DNA of 64,000 nt from Octopus vulgaris (GCA_951406725.2 OX597820.1:30380001-30444000); one strand, 5' to 3'. Positions 48,088 through 61,589 are shown, numbered from the stretch's first letter. Numbers and translations are program-made. Notes: generated by a model not told the origin, from the sequence alone.

Positions 48088-50089
48088 ATGAATATATTAG
48101 TGAGAAATTAGATTATTTTAAATGAATCTTTTAGCACAAATTTTTCACATATAAAATGTCAATCTTGTGTGAATTAACTTATTGGTTTTCTTCTGAAAAT
48201 GACTTTTTATAGATCTCACAGAGGTTAGACTTTTCCCAAGAAATTTTCAGTCTCCTCAGAACATCAATTTGATTCTCACACAATTCTTTCTCTATTACTC
48301 TTTTTTATCTTCCAACATTAAGGTATCTTTTCTTTCTTTTCTCATTTTAATTTACAATATAAATATATTTAGCACCAAGTGATATTTGTCAAAATGAGAG
48401 ACTAATTCAGTTCAAGATTAATCAATCACATAAGGATTAATTTAGCTAAGATAATATTTTATTAGAAGAAATTAAATATTAAAGGATCACTGAAATAACT
48501 CCAGTTATTAAGTAACATCTGTATGATTATCCTTGCAAAGAAAGTGGTTAAATCTTTAGCTGAGATTGTTCCCAGCTTAATCTCTCCAGAAAAAATGTAT
48601 AACACACATTTCCATTCAATAAAGTTTGTAATTAATTTCAATAAGAATAAAATCTTTCTTTGAAAGTTGCTATATATATTAATATATTTGATGTGAAAAG
48701 TTCTTTTAATGTCCAAGCCCTGTAATATCCTGAAATAAAATTAAAAAAAGATATAGTTAAATATCAATATAATTTTTATTTTGTTAGAGAGAAGAAATTG
48801 AGAAGATATAGGAAACAATTCATTGTTATGGAAATGGTTGATGAAAACTTTGCACAAGTGGTGAAGATATGAATGTATTTATGAGATTAGCAAGCCAAAC
48901 TTACAATATATAAAGCTGTAATAATAATGTTGCAAGGGGACACCAAAATTGTAATGATTTACATGTACCCAATAAATGAGAGGAAAATATTATTAGTTGA
49001 AATGGCCTTTTATTATATCATTACAATGTAAGACACAACTTCTTTGAGTCATTGTACACAGAGGAATTTTAGTTCTATAGTGCATCTTGTAGGTAGTTAT
49101 ATTCATCTTTTGTTGACTGTTAGAAGGTGGGTGGAAAAAGAGAAGAGAGTCTACTTCTCTGGGCTGACAAGTAGAGAGGGTGAAAGTTGTGCATAAGCCA
49201 TACCTGATGTGAGAAACAAACAGATGTGCTCTTCTAGTGATGGGCCAAGTGTAGAGGTAGAACCGATTTTGGATTCCATATTTATAATTTTTCTAACCAA
49301 ATTAAGTTAAGCTATACAAATGATTTTCCATCTCTTATCTGCCTGAATCCTATTTAACCTAAGAATGTTAAACAATAGAACTGTAGTGTTATGAGCCAGG
49401 CTGTGCTGTACGGAAGGACTAGAAGTGAGGGAGTATGCATGTCTTGTGTATCCCACCAGAAGGGTTGCTGTGGGTGTGTGGGGTTCGCGAGGCGTGAGTG
49501 GTGAGTTGGCAGTGGACAGTGTATGAGAGCAGACCTGTTAGACGGTACAGTGGTAGACAGGGCACATAGACGTTGTGAGCGACTCCTTCCACATAGACGG
49601 TATGGTGGCAGACAGAGCATGTGGACATTGTGAGTGACCCTTCCAGATAGACAGGTAAGATTACTGTAATTCACTCTGTGCTTCTGTCTTTTCCTCCTTC
49701 ACATCACAAGCTATTTCAGCTCACAAAAAAACAAAAACATGATGGGTATAGTCCATGTTTGGAATGAGACAGTTAGGCTATTTTTTGGTGATGGAGACAT
49801 CACCGCTTAGTTGAAAAAAGTTAAGTTGGTGGCAAGACTCCATGGTATAGATGACCTAGTGAGTTTCATACCATTGTACCTTGATGGATTGGTGTTGGCG
49901 CTACACCTCAAAATGGAGGAGTAGGACCAGATAAGCACAGAAAAAATAGAAGTCCGGCTGTTTCCTCATAATTTTCATTAAAATTGCATGTCTTTTAATG
50001 GAATGCTCTAGAGACACATTTCAGTTGTCATAGAATACGATTATGTGATGGCAAAGTTTTATAAGAGAAGTATGCTCCACAGACAAGTT

Positions 50090-50535
50090 TATCTTTTACT
50101 TGTTTTTGTCATTTGATTGTGGCCGTGCTGGGGAACCGCTCTGGGGTTTTTGGTCGAACAAATCAACCCCAGTACTTTTTTTTTCAAGTCTGCTACTGAT
50201 TCTTTCGATATGACTTGCTAGCGGAGGTAAAGAATACGCACACCACCCATTTTCAGCGTAACCTTAACCATAACCCGAAACACCGGGTGTGAGTATACTT
50301 TACCTTCGGCGGCTTTGGTGGTTGTGGAGCGGTGATGGGGACAGACAGACAAACACAGATACGTACATTTACGATGGGTTTTTTTCAGTTTCCGTCTAAC
50401 AAATTGACTCACAAGGATTTGGTCGGGCCGGAGCTATAGTAGAAAACACTTGGCCAAGGTGGCATACAGTGGGATGGAACCCGGTATCATTTGGTTGGGA
50501 AGCAAACTTCTTACTACATAGCTATGCTTGCACCT
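50090..50535 (-). mobile_element. SINE family A with internal insertion
   Basis: Reverse complement of the family A head at 50440-50535 and tail at 50090-50200. Confidence 0.75.
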
Positions 50536-51517
50536 ATAAACACAGCCAAGAAATTTTCCAAATTCAATTAAGATAATCGTAACCTATTCCCTCTCTGGAA
50601 AAGTGACTTGAAGATAAGCATTTTAAAGAAATTTACGAGGGAAAGAAAATTGGGTGGGTGGGGCGTACTTTTGAAGTTAGATCGTTATTTATGCACCACT
50701 CTCTCATTTCATCGAAAAATCACGCTGCAATTTTTCACATCTACCTTTTTTCCCTTCAGAATTCCGATTCTTTAATGCGATTGCTCACGATATTTTCCAA
50801 TTTCATTTTGTGATCATAAACAGAAAGAAATGCTGTACAAATTAAATAATACGGTACTGAACGATTAAATAGTGTTTACATATTGAAGTGAATGTTGTAG
50901 ATGTCACCGTGTGGTTGGATTCACCATAACTTCTAACTTTAATTTCTTCCAACGATAAAGTCATAAAGAAGCTAACATCAATATCTTTATGTTGTTACTT
51001 ACCAGAATGAAAACTGAATATATAACAACTACATCAGTAGTGAAATTTTCTATAAAATTGGATGAGTATATCAAACCATAAAGATTCGAATATTAGAAGA
51101 AAATCTACATTAAACTATCAGGGGAACTAACTCTTACTGTTTTAGATATCTTTTCCATTCATGAAATAACTGAAAAGGTTTTATTCTGTGTCCTGTTCGT
51201 TATACAAGGATTTCAAAGTCTAAAACTGTCTTGGACAACCTGCGGGCCGTGGAACATTCTGAGTGGCACGCATAACGAAAAACTACCTTCTTTTTTTTTT
51301 TTTTAAGTAATACGGCCCACATGATGATGAACCATGTCACATGCAGCCCGCTTCTCGATAAAGGTTGTCCGTATTTGGCCTTGAGCCTACAAGAAATAGG
51401 CAGTCGAATCGCCCTCAAATCATATCCTACAGATGTATTTTTTCCTCTTGAATTATGAGCTTTGACGCCTTTCTTTCATTAGACACGAAAAAACATTACG
51501 GAAATAAGAAAATGAAT

Positions 51518-51898
51518 AGGAGTGGTTGTGTGGTAAGAAGCTTGCTCCCCAACCACATGGTTCTGGGTTCAGTTCTACTGCGTGGCAGCTTGGGCAAGTG
51601 TCTTCTATAGCCCTCGGGCCGACCAAAGCCTTGTGAGTAGATTTGGCTGACGGAAACTGAAAGAAGCCCGTCGTATATATATATTTGTGTGTCTGTGTTT
51701 GTCCCCCCACCATCGCTTGTTAACACACTACAACCGATGTTGATGTGTTTACATTCCTGTAACTTAACGGTTCGGCAAAAGAGACTGATAGAATAAGTAC
51801 TAGGCTTACAAAGAATAACCCTTGTGGTCGATTTGTTCAACTAAAGGTGATGCTCCAACATGGCCACAGTCAAATGACTGAAACAAGTAAATGAATAA
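51518..51898 (+). mobile_element. SINE family A, full length
   Basis: GGAGTGGTTGTGTGGTAAG..CAAATGACTGAAACAAGTAAA. Confidence 0.87.
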
Positions 51899-52489
51899 AC
51901 ATAAAAGCCTCGCATCTCAAGAAAATCCCACTGAATTGCTTTGAGATATTCAGGTCCTAGGGAATCTGCACTCAGGGCTGAATAACAAATCTACTTGCAT
52001 AAATATTACAAAATCTGGAATCATTTTAAAGCAGCATCATGCGTCCTCTTTGGTCTTCAGTGTACATATATATTAAAATATAATAAAAGCTAAGAAGGAC
52101 TCATTCATGACAAAACATATCCACTCCTAATTCACAAAATGTATTTAGACCACTATTTTCTATAACAAGCTTACAAACAAAATATATCGAAAGATTTGTA
52201 ATGTTTGGATTAAAGTGGTTGTAGTAACTAAATCTAAGTTCCCATTAATAAATCTTAAATGATTAAAATCTGTGTTATAAACTTTTGAAGGCTAGTGCAG
52301 AGCCACAATACATATGTAATAGTATAGTTTTAATACTCTTTATTACAACTTCAGTTAAACGTGGAAGGATTAACACAATTGATTAATTTTGTAGGAAACC
52401 AACAGATGAAACTTTTATATCTAAATTTTTATGATGTATTTTTTAAAATTTCTCTAACAAAAGTAAAACCGTAATTTATTTAATCTTTA

Positions 52490-52880
52490 TTGGCTCAAAA
52501 GGCAAAAGCAAGGCCATGTAGGGGGACAGGGAGTTATGTACATGGAGGGTGGTCATACAAAGAGTTCAGGCCATTTCTGGTCAAGAGAGACTTTGAACAA
52601 AGCGGCTGTCGGCATCTTCACTATCTCATCCGGCAGCTTATTCCACAGATCTGCAACCCGGATGAAAAAAGCCCCTCTCCTTCAATTGAAATGAAATCAT
52701 CGTAGATAGAGCTTTTCGGAGTGACCCTGCAGCCCACGCTCTGGAGCAGGAGTGAAGAACAGCTCTTTCGAGAGGTTACACTTTCCACTTATGATGTTGT
52801 GAGCAAGAATGAGATCACCACGGCGTCATCGTTTTTCGAGAGAAGAAAGGTCAAGCGTCTTCATAAGACAAATGCTTGAG
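52490..52880 (-). mobile_element. CR1-clade LINE 3' end
   Basis: LDLSSLEKR*RRGDLILAHNII..GHSEKL..AFFIRVADLWNKLPDEIV, the typical CR1/L2 ORF2 C-terminus. Confidence 0.8.
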
Positions 52881-53315
52881 ACCAAGAACCATGCGGGTAG
52901 ATTCAAATATAATGTCAGGTGACATAGTAAACCTTGGAAATTACTGTCTTGAGCCCAAGACAGTAATAGTGATCTAACTGTTATATGGGAATGTAAATAT
53001 GTTTGCAAATTGTTTTTGTTACATGTTATTCTGTGTTCTGAATACTTTTATTTTAATAAATGTTGCTTACTGCAAGTTATGGATGATTCTTTTATGACTT
53101 CATTGCTTTCAGGCTTAGCTTAATGTATTTTTGCACCTGACATCACAAAATGTGTCTGAATAAACATTGCCAGACAGCAAATAGAGACTCGGACATTGCT
53201 TAGAAAATATCTTTCATTTTTAACATCATATATAGCACACACTAGGGATTTTGACCTTTAAATTTTGGGGAAAAAAATGCAGATTATACTCGAGGATTTA
53301 CGGTATTCAATTTTT

Positions 53316-53641
53316 GTTTTAGTCATTAGGCTGCAGTCCTGATGAGGTACCACTTTGAATATTTTGGTCAAACAAATCAACCTTATTTTCACAAGCCTGG
53401 TACTTATTCTATTGGTATCTTTTTGTTGAACCACCAAGTTATGGTATGTAAGCAAACCAAAGCCAGTTGCAAAGTGGTAGTGGGGGGGTCTAAGACACAC
53501 ATACAACAGGCTTCTTTCAATTTCCTCCACCAAATATGCTCACAAGGCTTTGATCAGTCTGGGGCTATAGTAGAAGACACTTGCTCAAAGTGGACCTGGG
53601 ATCATGTGACTGAGAAGCAAACTTCTTACCGTACAGCCACA
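53316..53641 (-). mobile_element. SINE family A, diverged
   Basis: GCTATAGTAGAAGACACTTGC..CTTCTTACC..ACAGCCAC. Confidence 0.75.
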
Positions 53642-53825
53642 CCTAGCAGCTGCTTGGTCATTTTTGAAGTTTGACAGATGTACTATTATCATATTACATA
53701 GTAGGCATTCATTGGTTTTGAGAGATCATGGATATGTGCTTGAAGTTGTATAAGTTGCTGATGGTGGCGCAGAGGTCCACATACAGCAAGTGCATTTGAA
53801 GGTGCTCTCTACCAGCACTACTGGC

Positions 53826-55675
53826 TTCCTCCTAGGTCACCTCAACAAATGTACATGCCCAAAACTATTGTGTATCCTCTACATTTCCAGCCCCTATTCT
53901 CCCCCCTCTCAAATGCTTACTTCTGGCATTGCTTCTTCTATTCCCCTCTTTAGGCTCCCAAGAACTTTAGTGATGGTGCCACAAGAAAATGCACAGAGTA
54001 TATTCTGTGAAGTGTGCTTTTCTTTATGTATGCACGTGTCTATATATATTTATATGTAAATACACATACATAATACTTATAAATATATAATGTATGTAAC
54101 AATGTACATATCACAAATAGTATCATATTTATTCTTTTCTACTCTAGGCACAAGGCCAAAAATTTTGGGGGAGGGGGCCAGTCAATTAGATCGACTCCAA
54201 TATGCAACTGGTACTTATTTATGGACCACAAAAGGATGAAAGGCAAAGTCGACCGCAGAATTTGAACTCAGAACATAAAGACAAACGAAATACCTATTTC
54301 TTTACTACCCACAAGGGGCTAAACACAGAGAAGACAAACAAGGACAGACAAATGGATTAAGTCAATTACATTGACCACAGTGCATAACTGGTACTTAATT
54401 TATCGACCCCGAAAGGATGAAAGGCAAAGTCGACCTTGGCGGAATTTGAACTCAGAACATAGCGGCAGACAAAATACCGCTAAGCAATTCGCCCGGCGTG
54501 CTAACGTTTCTGCCAGCTTGCCACCGTATCATATTTATTGGTTACTGAAAAAAGAAGATGGGAAGGTCATAGGTGGAATACTTTTCATTATCAGTCTACT
54601 GGATCAGAAACAACTGCAATAACTTGCTTCAGGGTTGCATACATGATTTGATGTACTAATAGCAAATATGTCCTCATAAGCACATGTTTGCTGTTAAAGT
54701 CTGTAGAAATATTGAAGGTAATCTTTCATTTTCTGACCCAGAGACTGAAAATAAAATAATGTTCAGCAGTATTCAACTAAAACTTGACAATAAAATGACA
54801 AAAGAAGAATATTCTTTGACACTGAAAGTTTATTTCAACACTGTTTATATATATTTAGAAGAAATGGTTGGCTGTTACATGACAAGCACCAGTAAGAAGT
54901 GTAGACAACCTTGTAACATGCAGAATATTCACAACAAATAAACACGTTCTAGAAAATATAATACAAAATCATAAGCTATAGATTCGTTTTATTTTAATGG
55001 TTCTTTTCATTTTATATTTATTTTCCACAAATTAACTGTGGTTACATGTATCTATAGCGAATGCTTGTATATGCATATCTATTTAGTTCCCTGCCAAACC
55101 TACCTTCCTGGCCCATCAATTTACATCCTAGCTCCCTCGTCCTTGTATCTCTTCACATATAAACCTCCATCTTTTAATCACCTTGTCAAACTTCATCTAT
55201 ATGTCAACCCTCTCCCAACTTTTCTTTAGGCCCCACAAATAAGGAGCTGGATTGAACCAAGCTAACCAGAACATTCTGGCTTCAACCTGTTCTAGTACCA
55301 GCTAGCACTCTCAATCCTCTGGGTCAGTTTATTGCCACCCAAAATCTATCCTTACTTTTATCTCATCATTCACTGTTACCTTCATCACTGCAAATAACCT
55401 CCTCTAACTCCCCATACATATCCGTTTTTCCACATCATCCTCTTTTTCCCTTCCACTTTCTCATCCATTCTTGCCCTCCTTGTTTGGTTTCCTCCTAAGT
55501 CACCTCAACAAATGTACATGCCCAAAACTATTGTGTATCCTCTACATTTACAGCCCCTATTCTCCCCACTCTCAAATGCCTACTTCTGGCATTGCTTCTT
55601 CTATTCCCTTCTTTAGCTTACCAAGAACTTTAGTATTGGTGCCACAAGAAAATGCACCTAGTATATTCTGTAAAG
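53826..55675 (+). repeat. Pair of ~185-bp direct repeats (53826-54012 and 55489-55675)
   Basis: TTCCTCCTA.GTCACCTCAACAAATGTACATGCCCAAAACTATTGTG..GTATATTCTGT in both. Confidence 0.85.
54135..54525 (-). mobile_element. SINE family B, tandem body
   Basis: Reverse complement of the 41495-41895 family. Confidence 0.85.
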
Positions 55676-56678
55676 TGGTTGACAACAGGAAGGGCTTTCA
55701 GATGTAGAAATTATGCTAAATGGCATGTCCAGACACTACATTTAGGGAAGAAATAGCTCCCAATAAGAAATTACTCAGATAATGATGACTCGTCCAACAT
55801 ATGCCAGCATGGAAAGCAGGCAAATGATGGCAAGGATATTTGTAGGATTATTGTAGAATTATTTTTAAGTGTTCACAGCAACTTGTTCTTTTGATAATAT
55901 TTCTCCAAATAGATATAGTTATTACCATAGAAAGAACTAATGAAAGTATGCTGACATTAATTCTAAATAATGACATTTCTAAGGAAATTGTAAAATATCA
56001 ATGGTAACCAAACAATGATATAACCGCTTTTGTAATCAAACTGGAGGTTATAGTCAACCTAAAGTGAAATTAACAAATATCAAGATATTTCATGCCAAAA
56101 AAAAAAAAAAAAAAAAAATCCAGTGAAAGCATAATATTTTTCAATAAATAATTTTGACAGCTTACACTATGATATTTACACAATAAAATAGATTGTGCAT
56201 TTGTCCTTTCACTGTCATTTAATGTCCAATTTTCCATGTCCACACAGATCAGATGGAATTTATTGAAGCAGATTTTCTATGTCCCAATACCCTTCCTGTC
56301 GCCAAGCAAAGTAATATTTTTCTATAGCCAGACCGATTTTATGATGGTGGCACTCATTTAAAACTATCCTGCAATGTCAAGATAAGGAGACACAAACACA
56401 CACATATATATCATTATTCAATGCTTGTTTTCCATGCTGGTATGGAACCTAGAACCTGGAATCTAGAGAACAGCACTAGGTTCCAGTCATGTGTTTTGGC
56501 TTGGTTTCTATGGCTGAATGCCCTTCCTAATGTCAACCACTGGGTGCTTGTTACATGGCGTCAGGACAGGTGCTTTTTATGTGACACTAGCATCAACAGG
56601 GTCACCAAGTAACTTCAAAACAAAAACCCCTTCAACTGGGAGGGGGGCATTAACCAAGATAATTCATATATATATATA

Positions 56679-56844
56679 TGGCACGTAAAAGCACCCACTA
56701 CACTCTTGGAGTGGTTGGCATTAGGAAGGGCATCCAGCTGTAGAAACTCTGCCAGATCAGATTTGAGCCTGGTGCAGCCATCTGGTTTGCCAGTCCTCAG
56801 TCAAATTGTCCAACCCATGGAAAGCAGACGTTAAACGATGATGA
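56679..56844 (+). mobile_element. Repeat family C tail
   Basis: GGCACGTAAAAGCACCCACTACACTC..GGAAGGGCATCCAGC..GACGTTAAACGATGATGAT. Confidence 0.75.
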
Positions 56845-57774
56845 TATATATATATAAAAACATACATATACACACACACACGACCATTTCTGTCAATCAA
56901 ACTCACTGACAAGACTCAGGTGTTATAGAAGACAAGGTGTCACACAATGGAGCAAACCTGAAATTGTGCAGTTGGGCAGGTCTAATTTGTTTCTTTACTA
57001 CTGAATAAGGTCCCTTTGTGATAATATTCCTCAGTTGTCAAAAAAAAAAAAAAGAAAGAAAAAAGTATCATTTCTTTATCATCATTTTTATGTCACATTA
57101 GATAAGACTTTTTGAAAAAGTATTCTACAGCTTGATGCACATCCACATTTCACTCACAACCAACATAAAGGAAGAGTAGAAGACATTTGCTCAAAGTGCT
57201 GCACAGTGCAACTGAACCGGAAACCATGTGGTTGTGAGTCAAACTTCTTAGCCATATAGCCATGCCTTAGAAACAATGCATTTATTTAAAATATCAGAGT
57301 ATTAAGTTTAATGTGGATGCATTTGCTGTTATTTGGTTGATGAAGCTGACAGGCAAAGTTTGCTGTTCCAGCCAAATTGATTTTCACAATAAATTTGACT
57401 CTTCTCACAGTACAGATTCCGCCAGTAAATGTTCCTTCTCTCAATATTCATGAACTTGCTTTAAAATAACAGCCTTATTTTAACATTTACATTCGTGGCT
57501 GTATAATATTGTAGTGATATAAGAGAAAGTGAATTTTCCACTTGTAACTCAACCATATTTTCTCTCTTCTGAGCAAACACGTGTATGACATATATCATGT
57601 GTAGAAAATATTTTGCCATTGATGTTGCAATGTCATAGATTTTCATGTGTGAAGATTTTTGCATGCAGTTAAATTTATTTCTTTGAGAAAATGATCCAAC
57701 ACAAATAACAATGTCTATAAATATGTTTGGGTTAATGTAAATTACTCAGCTGAAAAAATATTTTCCTACATATT

Positions 57775-58629
57775 TCAGGGTGGGAGGGATTTTCCTTCTG
57801 AATGAAGATATTTGTGTCTTGTTAAATTGCTACTTCGAGAAAAGGCCTTCCCACACATATCACAATCATATGACATCTCTCCTGTGTGAACACGTTTATG
57901 AGTCAATAAACAACCACGACTGGAAAATGTTTCATCACAAACATGACATTGGTGTTTCTCTCCAGTGTGAATACGCATGTGTTTGTGGAAGGTAGCATTA
58001 TAAGCAAATTTTTCACTACAAATATCACACTGGTATGGTTTGCCTCCTGTATGAACACGTTGATGCCATGCCAGATAAGAAATTCCAGAAAAATTTCTAC
58101 CACAGATTTCACACTTATATGGTTTTTCACCTATATGACGGCGTTTGTGCTGGAATAATTTATCTTTGCATATAAACATTTTCCCACAGATATGACATTC
58201 ATACGATTTCTCTCCTGTGCGAATAGGTTTATGGCTAGTTAAATCATTACTCTGAGAATCTGTCTTGTCAGAGTGATATAGTTTCTCGTCTGTGTGTGTA
58301 TCATTGTGTGTAGTTAAGGCAATATCTGGAGACACTGTTTCATCAGTGATATCACAGTGATATGACATTTCTCCTGTCTGAACACAATGGTGGGAATTTA
58401 ACAAACTATATTTAATAAATCTTTTATCACAAATTTGGCACTCATAAAATTTTGATCTTATGTGAAATAACTTATGTTCACTTAATTCACTTTGTACTAT
58501 GAATGCTCTTCCACAGATTTCACAGAGATAAGGTCTTTTCGGAGATATTTTCAGAGTTTCTTTAGAATATTCTGTTCCTTTAAACTGTGTTATACCTTGA
58601 ATCTGACTCTCACAGAATTCTTTCTCCAT
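57775..58629 (-). CDS. C2H2 zinc-finger protein, 284 aa (6 intact + 3 degenerate fingers)
   Basis: Intact ORF with leader MEKEFCESQIQG; acceptor CTATATTTCAG ending at ~59132; decayed finger remnants continue past the stop (57480-57770). Confidence 0.88.
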   Translation of the reverse strand: MEKEFCESQIQGITQFKGTEYSKETLKISPKRPYLCEICGRAFIVQSELSEHKLFHIRSKFYECQICDKRFIKYSLLNSHHCVQTGEMSYHCDITDETVSPDIALTTHNDTHTDEKLYHSDKTDSQSNDLTSHKPIRTGEKSYECHICGKMFICKDKLFQHKRRHIGEKPYKCEICGRNFSGISYLAWHQRVHTGGKPYQCDICSEKFAYNATFHKHMRIHTGEKHQCHVCDETFSSRGCLLTHKRVHTGEMSYDCDMCGKAFSRSSNLTRHKYLHSEGKSLPP

Positions 58630-59389
58630 TGCTTTTTTTTTTTTTAATTTTATGTCACAATAATAATATATCTTTCAGTCTTTTCGAGCATTAAATTACA
58701 CCATTAATATATCTTCTCCACTAACAGTGATATTTATTGAAGTCAGAGACTATTTCAGATCAGAATTAGTCATTTGCATAAGGACTGGCTTAGGTAAAAA
58801 CCCTATTTCAGAAGAAAGCAGAAACTAAAATATCACTGAAACTACTCCAGTTAAAAAATTACATCTGTATGAAAATCCTAATAGAGGAAGCAGTTATGTC
58901 CGCACAGTAAGTTTTTCCAAGTTTAATCTAAAAAAAAAAAAATCCTTTTACACATACTTCCAGTCAATAAATATGTTTCATAATTAATTTCAGGTCAAAA
59001 GAAATATATCTCTTTATATCAATCAAAGAATTTTGTTAAAGTTAGTTTCGCTCCTGATAGTTCTTCACAGTTGTTAAGTATGTTGATATATCGTAAGTGT
59101 AAATGTTTTTAAGTCCGTGCCATGAGGTGTCCTGAAATATAGACCAAAATGTATATATGAGATATTTAAATGATGGGATTTAAAAAAAAATTATTAGAGT
59201 GAAAAGAGCCAGAAGAAATATGGGGAACATCTTTCCTACAATTTTCTATGCCTCTTTACTCAGAGATTCACTCTGCCATATACAACCAAACATTGACCCT
59301 CATTGAAAATACTGTTGTTTCTACATAGCACCTGGGCAACATTGAGTAACTCTACTAATAACTGATAATCATCATCAATGTTTTATCTT

Positions 59390-59805
59390 TTATTTGCTTC
59401 TGTTCACTGTAGTCATGCTGGGGCACCACCTTGAAGGGTTTTAGTCACACAAATTGACCCCAGGACTTATTTTTTAAAACCTAACCCCAGTATGTAACTG
59501 GTACTTAATTTATTGACCCCCGAAAAGATGAAAGCAAAGTTGACTTTGGTGGAATATGAATGCAGGACATAACGACAGGCGAAATACTGCTAAGCATTTC
59601 GCCTGGTGTGCTAACAATTCTGCCAGCTCACTGAACCGCTAAGTTGCAGGGACGTAAATACACTAACACAGGTTGTCAAGCAGTAATGGGGGACACAGAG
59701 ATACATTCACATAGATGTATGATAAGCTTCTTTCAGTTTCAGTCAGACAAGCTTCTTACCATCTAGCAAATCCACTCACAAGGCTCTGGTCGGCCCAAGT
59801 CTATA
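59390..59805 (-). mobile_element. SINE family A interrupted by SINE family B (~59485-59632)
   Basis: Family A tail and body flank a family B core; both share GACCCCAG at the junction. Confidence 0.7.
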
Positions 59806-61009
59806 TTAAGAGTGAATGGTTTTTCTGAGACAACATTTTATGGTCAAATGTTCTTCCAGTTGCCTCTTGTGACATTTCTGATCAAAGCTGTTCCTGTCAT
59901 GACTATCCTATCTTCTTGTACATCTATGACTTTTCTTGGAATATCATCCAGAAGGATGTGATTGGTGTAGATTTTTGACCACTAATTCTTGCAGGTGGAA
60001 CGACTTGTTTTAAAACAAAGTCTATCAGATAAGGGAAAACAAAAAAAAAAAGTACTGATATAATTAAATGTTTATGTAAACGAAATGGTGGAATACAGAG
60101 TAGAACACATAATTAGGGGTATTATGTTCCTAAAATTCAATGAAATGGCTTCTACAAGATAGCTAGATCTGCTTAATCAAGACCGATTAACATCAGCTCA
60201 ATTTTTTAGGCGGGTGTGGTGAAGTTCGATCATGTCCGCCACAGATGACAATAGTACAGTCCTGTTCTGTAACAGTTATTACAAGACTAGGGGATTTGAC
60301 TTGGAATATTTTTCAAGAGGGTGTTAAAAACTAATAAATAACCTCATTTTATTAAAAGTTTTAATAAGGGCATCTGCTGGGTAGCATAGTATGAGAAATA
60401 TAACTGCGAAAAATTAGCTTGATTCATTAGAATATTTAACCACCACTTTACAGTAGAAATCAGATATACATCCAAAATTTACCCATTTCATTACCCTTAA
60501 TTGTGGAAAGCAGTTTTATATATACATCAAACTATCCTTTGCTGAGAAATATAATACATGAAACTATTATTTTGTGTGTGTATACGTGTTTATGTGTATT
60601 TGTTTGTTTGAAATTATAACCTTCGGTCTGAAAGAAATATACATTAGACAATGCAGTCTCCAATGTACTGGGGTGGAGTTTCGGAATAGTTGTTTCCCTA
60701 AGTCTCATACATCACAGGAAAGGGAAAGGGTTGAATTTTATCTTCACTTTTTACTATTCCTGTGTTTCGTGCAACGGAAATTATGATTCTGAATTTTTTT
60801 TCCCCCAAAGATATTTCAATTTTTCTTTTTTTACAATTATCTCCACTTCCGCACATTTTGCCTGTTTTCTATGAGGAAGCTTCGTAGGGCAGCTATTCCA
60901 AAAACTCCGCTAATACTAGATAGACAGTTGTAGTTGGAACAAACTTAAACATAGTTAAAAAACAAACAACCAAAACGGATTTAGTTTTAATCTAAAAAAA
61001 AATTAAGAA

Positions 61010-61400
61010 AACTTACATATTCGCCTGAAACATCGCAGATAAGCACAGAACTCTTCGCCACAACTTTCACGACTTCAATTTCTTTCCAGCATCAAAAACG
61101 ATACAGAAGTCCAATATCAATGTGTTTGTGTAGCAATTCAACCACAAAGCTGGACATCAGTCAACCTCATACGTCTTCATTAAAAGACAAAATATGCAAA
61201 AATTGCTGGCAGGGCTAACAGATACGTAATCCCAGAGAAAAGAGCGACAAAAATAACAAATTTTCAAAATGGAAAACAATACGTCCTGATTATCTGCGCA
61301 TGCGCCGACGAGCAAAAGGGTATGAGGACGCTCACGAGATACTTAAATCTGAAACGCGCAATGTGCGTCTCTTGTAAATGCCTTTCTTTACTGGAAGACG
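61010..61400 (-). promoter_or_regulatory. CpG-enriched putative promoter and first exon with NRF1/Ewg-type site
   Basis: TGCGCATGCGC at 61295-61305; minus-strand donor GTAAGT (ACTTAC at 61011-61016) upstream of the 59132 acceptor. Confidence 0.55.
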
Positions 61401-61515
61401 TTCCAACCGTGACTATCTTTTTTTAAAAGCGTTACGTCCGTAACCATCCCATCATTTTTTTTTTTTGATGTGCATCATATTTTCCCCCTTTTTCATGCCT
61501 CTCAATATTTCTTCT

Positions 61516-61560
61516 TCTCTCTGATGAAAGGATGACGGGTGTCACTTGAAATGTTAGATA
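61516..61560 (+). ncRNA. Minimal hammerhead ribozyme-like motif (Penelope-type terminal repeat relic)
   Basis: CTGATGA (61521), stem II AAG(GA)TGAC-GGGT-GTCACTT, GAAA (61548), then TGTTA. Confidence 0.55.
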
Positions 61561-61589
61561 AATATCGTACCATGTAAGACGTTTTCTCA

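Noticed and set aside
48087-48295. A-to-I editing restoring the lost start codon (AUA to AUI)
   Set aside because: The ATA is 208 nt from the ORF start, so out of frame, with decayed sequence between.
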